64,000 nucleotides of DNA from Azolla caroliniana (GCA_043228905.1 JBHGNT010000014.1:19468001-19532000), one strand, 5' to 3'; positions 24,208 to 37,091 are shown, counted from the first letter of the stretch. Translations and numbers: made by a program. The notes: generated from the letters alone by a model not told the origin.

Positions 24208-26004
24208 CTCCTCCACCCTCACCCAACCCCTAATTTATTCCCCATTAATTTATCGTATGCATTATGCCCTTTCCATATACCTTTAATACTGATTTAACCT
24301 CCCCTTTCCGAGTGTCCCCAATTATGAAACCTTATATTATTATTTTGGTTAACCAAGTGTGCTGATACCATTGTATACTTAATAATCACCATGGAATGAT
24401 CTACAATAACCATACAATTATAGCAACCTTATATTATGTGAGCATGTATTACCATCCAGCCATACTTATGATAATAACCTTATATTGTAATTTCCATTCA
24501 TACTTATGATAATAACCTTACATTGTAATAACATATTTGTATGTGTATGTATGCATGTATTACAGTCCATGCATACTTATGAACCAACTACTGCTGCTAG
24601 TAATTTCCACATCTTGTACATAGCAGGCCATTCCTTCTGCACTTCTTTGCCTTCTAGGGTTTATACCCCACCCTGAGGAAATGTTATGTAGTTATTTGCA
24701 AGCAAAGATTTTTTATAGAGGTGCTTGGAGCACTTCTATTTGCTCTTTGCTTTGTGTACACTGTTATGTAATATTATATATCAAGAACTCTTTTTGTACA
24801 ATGTACAAGCACTTGTTCCTGTGCAAATTAAGTCTGATTTTACTTGTTATGATTTTTTTAGAAATGAATTGAATGAAAGAAATTAGTTTTGATTGAAATG
24901 ATGGTGAAGTTAGTGTTGGTAAGTAATCCTATTTATTTAAGGACTATAGTCCCGTGAGCTCATGATATTGATTGTTCACATATTTCCTCGCACACTAAAG
25001 TCTCAAAAACACAGACAATGACGAGGAAATATCTGTGATGAAGGCGATATATCTTTTTAGTAAGCATCATTTACACTTCGATACATTGGTGTTACGAGAC
25101 ACTTAAACCATTTCTTTCATATGTCTTGCATAATAATACATCCAGAACAGAACGCTCTATACATATAGATTTTGCTTTCGTGTGTCTTTTTGAACTTGTT
25201 TTTACTAATGATCGAAGACACACAAAAGCAATATATCTATATATATATATAAAGTTCTGTTCTATTAAAGCCATACGACTTTTGCTTCCCACGAATTTTT
25301 TTGGAGGGTGTGTGTGTGCATGTGGGCAGCCCCACTTTAGGCCAATGATCTTTCTGTGCTTTTTTAAGTCTATATGTATGCAGATAATGTTTTTTTTCCT
25401 GCTTTGTTGACGTATTCCACCTCACAAATTTTCGGGCAACTGATTTTGTGCATTCACTATACCAAAAAGACCAATGGCCTAACTAACCCCCTACAGTGTG
25501 ATTTACATGAGTACTGTGTTCAAGCAGCACAAATTTGTGCACTCACTAAACCCTAAACCCTACAGTATGATGTGTAATAGCAATTAATACCAATACAATG
25601 TGTGAAATTATTTGGGCAATCCAACGATACATGCTAAAATCACATAGTGAAATGTCTCTGTAGAAATGAGTTTTGAGGTCATTACAATTTACAATTAAGA
25701 TTGATTGCAAATTAATGTGGGACATTAGGCATCTACTCATAAATTCTAGATTTAATTATTCGGCTTTAGCTACAATTCTTACATGACAATAATAAGACTG
25801 CACCAGAGTGAGGTGATTAGAGCAGGGGGGCCGCATGACAGATACTAGAGTATAAAAGATGCGCCTGGTTTTATTAGTGCCAGCCACACCATTTACGGTT
25901 ACTGGTGCAATGCCTCTGCTTATCTAGTTACAAAAGATGAACCTGGTTTTTATCATATAATCGCACCATATACAATCACTGTCGTGATGCCTGTTGAGTA
26001 TCTA

Positions 26005-26210
26005 AGTTTCTATCTAGATATCATGTGCAGCAACTACCTTACTGTACAAGCAAATTTGCGATCGATTGATCTAAGTATCTATCTAGATATCATGTGCAGC
26101 AACTACCTTACTTTACAAGCAAATTTGCAATCGATTGATCTATCTAAGTATCTATCTAGATATCATGTGCAGCAACTACCTTACTGTACAAGCAAATTTG
26201 CGATCGATTG
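26005..26210. repeat. Three near-identical tandem copies of a 69-73-bp unit
   Basis: TATCTAGATATCATGTGCAGCAACTACCTTACT.TACAAGCAAATTTGC.ATCGATTG x3. Confidence 0.9.
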
Positions 26211-27526
26211 GTCTTACAAATGAAAAGCAGGAAGTGATGCTTGCACATCATTGTAGAAAACATTACGGTTACTGGTGAACATGAGAGAAAGAGATGTAAT
26301 AATAATAATAAATGGGAACCCCTAATATCAAGTAAAAGTAATACATTACACCCCTAAATCAACAACTTCCTAACGGTGTTCATTTCTGCCCCTTCTCTTC
26401 CTCCTCTTCCTCCTCATAGCTTGTTTTGTACGCCTTGTGAATGCGGTACTCTTTCTCCTATATCTTGACTTCTTAGTCATTTACATGCATCTTCTATTAT
26501 TGGAAGCTCTCCCCTGCAGCTATTTTTGCATGAGTAGGCGGCACTGCGTCCCTTCCTTCACTTCTTCAAATGACCACCAAATTAAATGTTGGAAGTTCCC
26601 ATGCCATTCCAACACATCTTTGCACACCTAATTTTGCTTTAACTGGGTCAAGATATGACCATTTTACTGGCACTTCATTGATATTGCATGTCAAAGTCTT
26701 CTTATCTTAGCTAAAGTCTTCTTATCTTAGCCTTTTTCTTTATCTCCACGCCTTTCCTTTTCTTTGACCTCATCAAAACGCATTGACACCTTCCATATAT
26801 CACTTTCTCTTTTCCTTGGAAGTTGAACTTGTACCTTTGGCATTTTAATTGAAGTAGCTTGGCTATCAAGACCATTGTCGCAATTGTCTCTTTCAAGCAA
26901 AAATGCATTAACTCAATGCAAGTCTGCCAATTTATTTTTTTAAGGCAGCTAGTCATACCTGGGAAGTTTGCAATATTGGCAAACCTGGAGAATGTGTTTT
27001 ACAATTCCCCAATACCTCTTTCCCATTAGAAGGCAACAACATATATATAGATATCTGCATGTGTAAGGAAGAAAGTATGGTCAAATTTGTTCACCTTGTC
27101 ATAAATGTGAGGACCTTCCGAGATAACAGACGCACCCGCTCACCATGATCTCAAGACAAACACTTTTTAACATTTCCATCCATTTCCTATTCGTTGAAAA
27201 CCTACATCCCCTCGAAAATGTCTTATGATAGTTATGCATATCTGAACTTCAAAGCTATGATGCCCTCTTGTTCGCCCGCTTTATATTGCTCAAGAATGAC
27301 TTTGACTGCAAATTAGTAAATGTCTTCATGCCTACCAAGTATTAGTCTAGGTATACCACCCTGGTTTGTGATCACCTAATGATTTTCTACATTCATATGC
27401 CTTCCACTTGAGTACGTTCTCATGCCTTTCAAGTTTTCTTGAGAGTTGAGAAAACTCTCTTGATGACATTGCAAGAAACCTGCCTCGTCCAGTATTTAGT
27501 AATAACATGAAATATGACATTTCAAA

Positions 27527-30268
27527 TTACTCCTCATAACCACACTTCCCATTGAAGAAAACATGAAGACAACTTTGGTCTCTGATTATAATCTTCCTCT
27601 TTTCTATTTTGGATATGAGTAATACAGCAGTATGGCAATCACCACAAATATGCGTATTATTCATGATGTGTATAGTATCCCCTTGTTGGGTATTAGTGAG
27701 AGCATAACTGATTGCAGCCTTGTCAGTATGGCCACATTGCAAATCCTTCGAAACCCTGTACAAACCTGGATAAATTTCTTCTTCCAAACATTTAAGGTTG
27801 GCATCTTCCGCTTTTGCATATATATCTTTTTGCCAGTATTTCAATGAATCACCATTGGAAAATGAATGAACATTTCCAAGTGAATCAACCCAAACACTAA
27901 AACATCCAGGCAGCTTCTTCCAAGAGGCATATTTCAGCCGTAAGGCTTCCACCTTGTTGGCATCCTCTTGCATGCCAGCAGACACGAATATATTAGCCAT
28001 AAGGACATACGCGGGAGAACAATTAGCAGATAGTTGCACCACTTGATCAAAGGCTAACTGTCCGAGCTTCACATTCCCCCATTTTCTACAAGAACCCAGA
28101 AGTGCAAGCCAAATCTCGGGATAATCTGAACAAGGCATCACCTTAATCATCGATATCGCCTTATCAAAATCTCCTGAGGTTCCAAAAACCACAACCATGC
28201 AAGTATGATGCTCTAAGTTCGGTCTGATGTTGTATTTTCTTATCATATCACCGAAAATCACTTGAGCCTCATAAAAAAATCCTGAGTGGCCACATGCAGT
28301 TAAAATACATAAGAATGTGATGTCATCTGGAGAGATATCCTCATGTTGCATCCGTTTGAAACAATTCAATGCCTCTTCGAGTTGACCCATTTGTGCATAC
28401 CCAGAAATTAGTGCATTCCAAGTTATTACATTTCGTGAAGGAAGCTTTTCAAGCACCTCATGTGCTTTCAAAAGCATACCACATTTAGCATACATATCCA
28501 CCAAAGCATTTCCAATTGCAATGTCCTTTTCAAGAAATCGCCCATTAACAACCTCTTCATGAATTTGTTCACCCTTGTCAATAGCTCCAATGGTGCCACA
28601 AGCTTGCAAAATAGAAATGAAGGTGACCACATTAGGTGAAAGGCCCTCATTTTGCATGCGATCGAAACAATCTAATGCCTCATGAGCTTGACCTTGTTGG
28701 GTATACCCTGATATTAGTGTAGACCACGAGATAACATCTCGAACTGGGAGCTCTTCAAGAACCTCTTGTGCCTTTGCGAGCATACCACATTTCGCATACA
28801 TATCCACTAATGTATTGCTGAGAACAATATCTTTCTTCAGGAAGCCTCTATTCACAATCTGCTCATGAATTTCCTTGCCCTTATCTATAGCTCTGATGCT
28901 CACACAAGCTTTTATGATACAAATGAAGGTGACCTCATTAGGAGATAGACCCTCGGTTTGCATTCGTTCATAACATTTCAATGCTTCATGGAATTGTCCT
29001 TGTTCAGCATAGCCTGAAATGATTGCATTCCAAGAAACTATGTCCCGAATAGGGAGCTCTTCCAGTACCTTTTGCGCTTTCTCAAGGGCTCCACATTTTG
29101 CATACATATCAACCAAAGCAGTTCCAAGAACAATATCCTTATTCAACAAACCCCGACCAACAATATAGTCATGAACTTGATTGCCCTTTTCAAGAGATCT
29201 TGTACTTCCACAAGCCTTTAAGATGCATATACAGGTCACAGAATTCGGAGACAGACCCTCTCTTTGCATCCTTTGAAGACAATCTATAGCTTCATGGCCT
29301 TGTCCATGTTCAGCATATCCAGCGATTAATGCCGACCAAGAGACAACATTACGAGCTGGAAGTTGTTCAAGAACCTCTTGTGCTTTTATAAGCTCGCCAC
29401 ATTTTGCATACATATCCACCAAAGCATTCCCAATCACAATATCTTTGCCTAAAAATCCTCTATTTAAAATATTATCATGAATTTCTTTACCTTCTTTAGA
29501 CATTCCAGAAGTAGCACAAGCTTTCAATAAAGAAATGAATGTTATAGTATTTGGAGAGAGACCCTCTCTTTGCATGAGTTCAAAACACTTCATAGCTTCA
29601 TCAGATTGACCAATTTGAGCATATCCTGCTATTAAAGCAGACCAAGATACAACATTCCGGATAGGGAGCTCTTCGAGCACTTTTTGTGCTTTTTCTAGCA
29701 TACCACATTTAGCATACATATCCACCAAAGCAGTACCAAGCATAATATCCTTTCCTAAAAGGTCTCTAGCAACAACTTCTTCATGAATTTGAATACCTTT
29801 CTCTAAATCTCTTATAATGCTACAAGCTTTCAAGATGCATGTAAACGTGACCACATCAGGAGTAAAGCCATCTTTGCGCATCTTTTCAACACACTTAATT
29901 GCTTCTTCACCATGCCCTTGTTGGGCATACCCAGAAATAAGTGCATTCCAAGAGATTATATCACGAAAAGGTAGGCTTCCAAGCACACTTTCTGCTTTCG
30001 AAAGCGACCCACATTTGGCATACATGTTGATTAATGCACTCGCTAGATAAGGGCTCTTTTCAAGCATTCCTTTTTGAAGAAGAATGTCATCGTGTATTTT
30101 CGTTCCTTTATCGAGGTCTCTCTTCTTCGTGCAAGATTTGAGCAGAGAAACAAAAGTAAAATCATCTATACAAGTAGTTGTTTCGACTCTCCTCAGCTTT
30201 GATGAAGAGCCCATGATCTGCAAAAAACCAGAGACTTCATAAAACAGATCCCCCTCACTCTCACTCAC
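27527..30268 (-). CDS. PLS-class PPR protein with a divergent DYW (WW-like) domain; HxE changed to HTD
   Basis: Six highly similar PLS triplets, E1/E2, then SVWVDSLGNVHSF...CGHTDKAAISYAL...ICGDCH...HVFFNGKCGYEE. The true start may be MGSSSK after an acceptor near 30218. Confidence 0.92.
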   Translation of the reverse strand: MSESEGDLFYEVSGFLQIMGSSSKLRRVETTTCIDDFTFVSLLKSCTKKRDLDKGTKIHDDILLQKGMLEKSPYLASALINMYAKCGSLSKAESVLGSLPFRDIISWNALISGYAQQGHGEEAIKCVEKMRKDGFTPDVVTFTCILKACSIIRDLEKGIQIHEEVVARDLLGKDIMLGTALVDMYAKCGMLEKAQKVLEELPIRNVVSWSALIAGYAQIGQSDEAMKCFELMQREGLSPNTITFISLLKACATSGMSKEGKEIHDNILNRGFLGKDIVIGNALVDMYAKCGELIKAQEVLEQLPARNVVSWSALIAGYAEHGQGHEAIDCLQRMQREGLSPNSVTCICILKACGSTRSLEKGNQVHDYIVGRGLLNKDIVLGTALVDMYAKCGALEKAQKVLEELPIRDIVSWNAIISGYAEQGQFHEALKCYERMQTEGLSPNEVTFICIIKACVSIRAIDKGKEIHEQIVNRGFLKKDIVLSNTLVDMYAKCGMLAKAQEVLEELPVRDVISWSTLISGYTQQGQAHEALDCFDRMQNEGLSPNVVTFISILQACGTIGAIDKGEQIHEEVVNGRFLEKDIAIGNALVDMYAKCGMLLKAHEVLEKLPSRNVITWNALISGYAQMGQLEEALNCFKRMQHEDISPDDITFLCILTACGHSGFFYEAQVIFGDMIRKYNIRPNLEHHTCMVVVFGTSGDFDKAISMIKVMPCSDYPEIWLALLGSCRKWGNVKLGQLAFDQVVQLSANCSPAYVLMANIFVSAGMQEDANKVEALRLKYASWKKLPGCFSVWVDSLGNVHSFSNGDSLKYWQKDIYAKAEDANLKCLEEEIYPGLYRVSKDLQCGHTDKAAISYALTNTQQGDTIHIMNNTHICGDCHTAVLLISKIEKRKIIIRDQSCLHVFFNGKCGYEE

Positions 30269-31892
30269 TCTCTCTCTCTATCTCTCTCAAAAGAAGGACA
30301 ATGTCAATTGTTTTTGAGAAAAGAGAGGAGAAACTGGCAAAAACATTTCATACAGAGAGATCAGCCATATAATGTGGAGGTCCCACAAATCGTGTCTGGG
30401 AGGACTATGGCATCTCTACAAAATGTTTGAACGAATTACAAGAAAGATCTGTCAGAGGGGTTTGAACACACACGCAATGAGGCAGTGGGGAAATCTCGTC
30501 GCTAGACCCACACCCAATCAAATTACTCCCAAGATCAGAATGTGTTTACCAGCAGCATATATGCGTAATTGAATTGTGTTCTGCATTAGGAGTCCGATCG
30601 ATTTAAGGCTAGACATTGGCCCAATGAGCATGTGCCACCTATCGTCTAGACACAACATTGACACAGACGAAGGCTGTCCAGTTCCTAATTAGGCTTAATC
30701 TCATCCCCTGTTTTTGATAATTACACCTACTTGTTAACACAAGTTACAACCTTCCGTGTTTGTCTCATGATGAATAGATCTTCTTCTGTCAATAGAAGGA
30801 TTAGTGTCTTCTTATCTAAGTGGATGTCCCTTGAGATCAACCATAATCATATTAGCTAATCATCTCAATTATAGTTGTGAAGCATCATCACATGTACATT
30901 TGATTGTCATGGGCCATCTTGTAATCATGAAAGATAAATCATTTCTACTCCGTACAACACAATGTGCTATAAGTCATCCATGTAATGATGTTACAAATTA
31001 GTATTACGTGAATGTGACAAAGCAAAATGTGACTAAGAATGGTTGACTCAAGGTCAATATTTTGCTATTGTCGACATATAAACCATAGTTCATCAATAAT
31101 CTAACCATGCAAAACATTATGACCAAAACTAAATGTTATGTTTCGTTGACAGAGAGAGAATGTTTGGCTATGCTTACTCTCTAACTATGTTTTGTTATGA
31201 TTGCACTTGCACACTTAGTTGAAGTCATCAAGACAATGAAGTAATGTGGAGTTGCATTTCTCCAATACTCTTCACAACTTTATCGAGATCAACCATAACC
31301 TACATTTGATCTATTGATTACAATGATGAGCTTTGTTGTTTTAAAATTTATTAATAAGAAGAGTGGTTCAAGGAACTTTACCATGAAATTTGAAGGCAGT
31401 AAAAAGTAAATTTATAAACCTCATTTATTGCATAAAACAATTAACTTTTTTCCAACCGAGTAAAACAGCTTGAAAATGTAATCTTTTGGGAAATTGATGT
31501 CCAAATATTATCTTGCATTTATTTAACATCACCATAATTTGAATGACCAAGCACAACATTTTTCGATCACTAGAATCCAATCAATATATTCATGCCTTAG
31601 TATAATAAGATGCAAAAATTGTTGATATCACATGTTGATTCTTTCCGGATTAGGTAAAGAATGTCTCTGGTTTCTATCAATGTCTTAAAAAAATCTGATT
31701 CCCTAATGTGGATTAGTTATACTTGACAATGGTCATAATCTCTATATCTTATCTGATAAGATACAACTTGTTTTTTTATTTTTACAAAGGTATGATGTTC
31801 CTCTCGCAATCATGGACCAAAAGTGTGCACAATGGAACTTGCATACATATTTAGAGAGGATGGAATATTTACCAGCGAGTGTTAGTATAACT

Positions 31893-34800
31893 TTATTGAG
31901 GTGTTTTCCCAGTTCCTTCACATGAACAAGATCCATCCTTGAAATGATGGCTACAATATAGATCTGTAATTATGATCTCACGAAGCTCGATCTTGGAGAT
32001 GATCTTTGTTGCAGAATGACAATCACAACAGACTCTCAGATTCTTCGTTACTCGAATACTCGCCCCTTGAGGTGAACTTAGAAGTCCAAAAGCAACAGCT
32101 AATCTTTCAGAATGACCACAATCATCTAAGGTTGTATTCCTATGGTGACTCTCTAAGCTCATCTTATTCATTTGCATGCTCAAACTGCGAAGTTTCTTAT
32201 ATATTTGGTCACTTTCAGGATGTGACATATCTCCCACAGTAAAAGTATGCACCTTTTCATTAACTTCAACATAAGCCCTTGCTGGTTTTTTCCATATATT
32301 TGCATTCTTTCTGATGTTCTCAATTCTCGCAGCATCCTCAAACATACCAACATGGTTATAAAGGTTTCTCATCTTCACATGCGCCGTAGCATGTTCTGGA
32401 TCCATGCGAATAATATTGTTAAAGCAACGGGTAGCTAATTCCATGTTAGTGTGTGCACTACAAGCTCCAAGCAAGGTGGTCCATCCTAGAGTATTTGACC
32501 TAATTGCAATCGTTTCAAGGAAATCTTCAGCTGAATCCCAATTGCATGAATGTCCTAAAAGGTCTACCATAGTGTTGAAGTGCTCAGCCAAAGGTTCAAT
32601 ACTATGACTCTCTATCATCACCTTAAATTGGAAACAACCTTCATCCACAAGACCCAAACGACTACACGCAGTGAGAAGAGCGAGGAATGTCACGTCATTG
32701 GGTTGCACACCCACCCTTTGCATTTCATGAAAGCATTGGAAAGCATGTTCATAATCACCATGCTGTACATAGGTTCCTATCATGGAGCTCCACATGACCA
32801 CGTCTCGTTTTGACCATCTAGCAAATGAGATACGTGCATCATCTAAGCTTCCACATTTATTATACATGTCGACAAGAGCACTCCCAAGAAAATCATCTGA
32901 CTCGAGCCCACCAGCAATAATGTTTGTGTGGATCTGCTTCCCCTGTTGGAGTGCTCCAATGCTAGAGCATGCCTTCAATACTGCAATGTATGTGACTTTA
33001 TCTGGGTCAATGCCATTTTGACACATTTCTCTGAATGACTGAATGGCATCAAGCCCACATTCATTCTTTGCATATCCTGCTATCATGGCATTCCATGTAA
33101 CAACATCCTTTGTGTAAAGTCCATCAAATACATATTGGGCATCCTGAATATTACCACATTTTGCATACATGTCAATGAGACCATTAGCCACAAAAAGCTC
33201 TTGTTCAAAGCCACACCGTGTAACTTGGCTATGAATGTGTTTGCCCGTGCTTAATGCCAACAAAGAAGCACATGCTTTCAAAGCACTTACAAACGTGATT
33301 GGATTCGGCCCCATGCCGTCTAGTTGCATGAGATCGAATACCTTGAGAGCTTCCTCAAAGCATTCATGCTGAACGTACCCAGCTATCATTACACTCCAAG
33401 TCACTATATCTTGTATTCCGAGCTTATCAAACACTATCTGTGCATCTCCAAGACTCCCAGATTTTGTGTACATGTCAATGAGTGCACTTCGAACAGATAA
33501 ATCTGACTCCACCCCATGTTTGATAGCATATGAGTGGATTAATTTTCCCTGATGAATATCAGGTATGCTGCAACATGCTTTCAATGCACAAACAAAAGTA
33601 ACCTTGTCCAATTTCACACATTGTTGCTGCATGTTTTCAAAAACTCGAAGAGAATCAAATCCATGCCCTCCATCGATCAATCTTGTCATAAATGTACTCC
33701 AAATGATTGCATCTTGGCTTTGCATCCTGTTAAAGATCGTGCATAAATCATCCAAGGTGCCACATTGGGCATACAAGTCAATAAGTGAGCTGCCAACACT
33801 TGTACTAAGTTCAAAGCCCATTTCAATTATGTAAGCATGTATTTGATAACCTAACTCCAAAGAGCAACCAGAATGAGCTTTAACTATAGAGGTACAGATT
33901 ATCCTATCCGGTATAATACCCTCCTCCTGAAATAACTGGAAAACTTTCAATGCCTCCTTACTTTGTCCACAATTGCCATAACCATGCAGTAACACATTCC
34001 ACATAACAAGGTCTCGCTGTGGTGATCTGTCAAAAAGAGTTTGAGCATCCTGAAGTCTGCCACATTTTGCATACATGTCTATAAGGGCAGTTCTAACAGA
34101 TAAAATAGATTCCAAGCCGCTCTCTATGATAAGAAAATGGATTTTCTTACCTTCCTCTAGAGATCTTGTAAAAGAGCATGCTCGCAAGACAGTGACAAAT
34201 GTAATAGCATTTGGATGAATGCCAGAATGGAGCATCTGGTGAAACATGCAGAGAGCTTCTTGGCTGTTATTATGCTGAATATAACCTCCCATCATGACAT
34301 TCCATGACACCAAGTCTCCACCAGATAATCCATCAAAAACTATACGAGCATCCTCAACACTACAAGCGTTGATGTACATTCGGATGAGTAAATTGCCAAC
34401 ATAAGTGTCCATTTCTAAGCTATTTTCAGCAACATAAAAGTGGTGGATGAACTTCCCCTGATCTAAGTTGATCTCATTTGAGCAGGTTCTCAATATGCTA
34501 ATAAATGATTTCTTGCTAGGCCTCAAACCCATGTGCTGCATGTCCTGAAGGAGAAGAAAAGCTTCCTTATGAAATCCATAGTGACAGTATGTTTCGATCA
34601 TAGCATTCCAAGGACCACCATTCCGTTGCAATTTATCAAATAGATTGCAGTGCTCCTGGCTCTTACCACAACTTCCATTGAAATCAGCCAATGCTCTGTT
34701 GAGGAATTCATTTAATTCTAATCCAGATTCATTGATATGATCCACTCTTTGATAACCGACTGAGCTGGAAAATGGTTGAAGGGAAGGCATATGGGTACCC

Positions 34801-36391
34801 ACATGACGTGGGACTTCATATGAATGAAGAGATTTTACACGTATTCGTGGTCCAATAACATCCATCTTCGGCTTTTGTTGCTCCAGACATTTCTTGCCTT
34901 GCCCATCAACAGCCCACTCAAATCCTGTATCCTGAATGAAAGCAAAGGTATCATAGATTAACAGTTAAATAAATAGAATAACATCTCTTATAAAGAATCT
35001 TCTGTCATCATAGATCAACCTCTAACAAAAAAAAAAACTTCACCAAGGAACAAATCTTCAACCCTTGTAGATTCATATCTACAAGACATAAATGAGCAAA
35101 TGGTTTAGCCCTCGTAGATTCAACCCTTGATGCCATTCAGTTTTTATAGATTAACCTCTTTACAAGAAGAAAAGATGCTTCCAAATGAATAAAAAAATTA
35201 GCCCTCATAGATAAACTTACACAAGAAGAAAAAACAATTCCAATGAGAAAACTCTTTCTGTCCGCATACATTAATATCTATAAGAATTGCAAGAAGCAAA
35301 CTTTCAGCCTTCTTGGATTAGCTGCTTTAACATAAGAAAACACTTTCTACGAAGGAAAACGTTTCTCACACCCATAGGCCAAACTGAGGAACAAAAACAG
35401 ATTAAATGAACAAAATTTTCAGCCTCACAGATAAACTGTTTTCACAAGGAAAACAACCTTCCATGAAACAAATTTTGAGCCATCATAGGCTTGACTTTAC
35501 AGGAACAAAAACAGTTGAAATGAAAGAAAATTTCAGCCCTGATAGATTAACCTCTTTACAAGAAGAAAGAAAACACTTCAAATATAAATAAAAAACAGCA
35601 TTCATACATTAGCTTGTACAAGAAGGAAAGACACTTTCAAATGAACAAACTTTCATCCTTTTATTAAAGTTTGATCTTTGCATTTTTAGCCCTCGTTAAT
35701 TACCTTCTGCAGCAACAGAAAACATTTCTGAAGGAATCAATTTTCATCCTTTATCAAAGATTAAACTCTACATTTTCAGCCCTAATAGATTATTAACCTC
35801 TTAACCAAGAAGAAGAAGAGATGCACTTCCCAATTATCAAAGATGAATCTCCACATTTTCATTCCTTGTAGATTAGTTACCATTTAAACAAGAAGAAAAA
35901 GAGGAAATATACTCTACACTTCCAATGAGCACATTTTCGGTCCTCATAGATTGTCTACATTTTTTGCCCTTGATATTATAACCTCTAAAAGTAAAGAAAA
36001 AGAACAAATACGCTCTCATGATAAGACAAATCTTCAACTCTTACCTTTGGGAAATTTCTTGACGAATCTTGATGATCCACATGAAGTGTTAAAAATGAAG
36101 TTTCGGATGTTAAAATCCATGGAACTGAACAAGAAAGGGGGAAAAACCATCAATTCATTTTAGCAACATCTACACGAAGAATTGAAGGCCTGATTCAGAG
36201 AGGAAGAAAAATGTATCGTTACCATCCTTCATGGTCAAGGAAGAATTTGTTGGTAATGTTAATGAATTTGTGGATAATGGCGATGATGAATTCCTTGATA
36301 CTATATGCGTGTGTTGATGATGAGGGTTATTTCCATGAAAGAGAGGAACAGAGGTTTGCTCCATTGATGGGGGAGACAGAATGCTTGCCAT
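31893..36391 (-). CDS. PLS-class PPR-DYW:KP protein (candidate U-to-C editing factor). Model: exons 36391-36223, 36124-36045, 34931-31893 (~1095 aa)
   Basis: 990-aa ORF with PLS array, E1/E2, [44 protein letters not shown]. Two upstream GT-AG exons join in frame and add a Ser/Thr-rich, transit-peptide-like N-terminus (MASILSPPS...). Confidence 0.9.
34960..36010. repeat. Degenerate ~55-65-bp tandem array filling intron 2 of the DYW:KP gene
   Basis: Recurring TTTCAGCCCTCATAGATTAACCTCTTTACAAGAAGAAAAACACTTCCAAATGAACAAA-like units. Confidence 0.75.
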
Positions 36392-36869
36392 AACCCAAGC
36401 TTGTAGCTCTAATCTATAGATAAAGAGATGGATAGAATAGCATCCTTACTTTGAATTACACAGTATACAGATGAAAGGTCTCCATTAAACCTTGGGTGGA
36501 GCACATTCTTATGTTACACAAAAACTCCAAAAATACACCTCTGGATTTTCCTTTGTATTATCCGGGGAACTCTATTGGATCATACCCCTGAGTTTTAGCT
36601 TATTTCCAAAATGCCCTTATGTCTCCATTATCTCTTTGAATACCCCTCATCACCCCTCGACCCGCCAAAAGACAGAGAGAAAGAGAGAGATGGTATCGTC
36701 TGTCTTCGGAGATCAAATATGACCTATGAGACCAAAAATATTACATTTTCATGTAATATATGTGAAAATGAGTAATGACTCTCAACATTCAAGAAGTTTA
36801 CTGATGAATGTTGCAATCAAGAGTGCACATTGTGACTAATTGTGAGAGAAATTCATGCAAGGATTGGGT

Positions 36870-37091
36870 ATGGTTGAAGATGCCTGGAATGCATAGTCGA
36901 ATATGATCAAAGGCAAAGCATTGTATCAATAAAAGTGTGATACTCAAACTCCTGAACTTGTTTTCGGGCAATTCGTGCAACTATTAGGTCTGGTTGAAGA
37001 TGTGTGGAAAGCATAATCAAATGTGATCAAAGGCAAAGCATTGTATCAATAAAAGTGTGATATTCAGACTTCTGAAGTTGTTTTCGGGCAA
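36870..37091. repeat. Direct duplication of ~100 bp
   Basis: GGTTGAAGATG..TGGAA.GCATA..C.AAT.TGATCAAAGGCAAAGCATTGTATCAATAAAAGTGTGATA...TTGTTTTCGGGCAA occurs twice. Confidence 0.8.

Noticed and set aside
26005-26210. Regular repeats resembling a CRISPR array (also 39576-39960)
   Set aside because: Head-to-tail tandem units without unique spacers, no cas genes, eukaryotic context.
29098-33834. Short antisense ORFs overlapping the PPR genes
   Set aside because: Shadow ORFs of long coding sequences with no independent signal.
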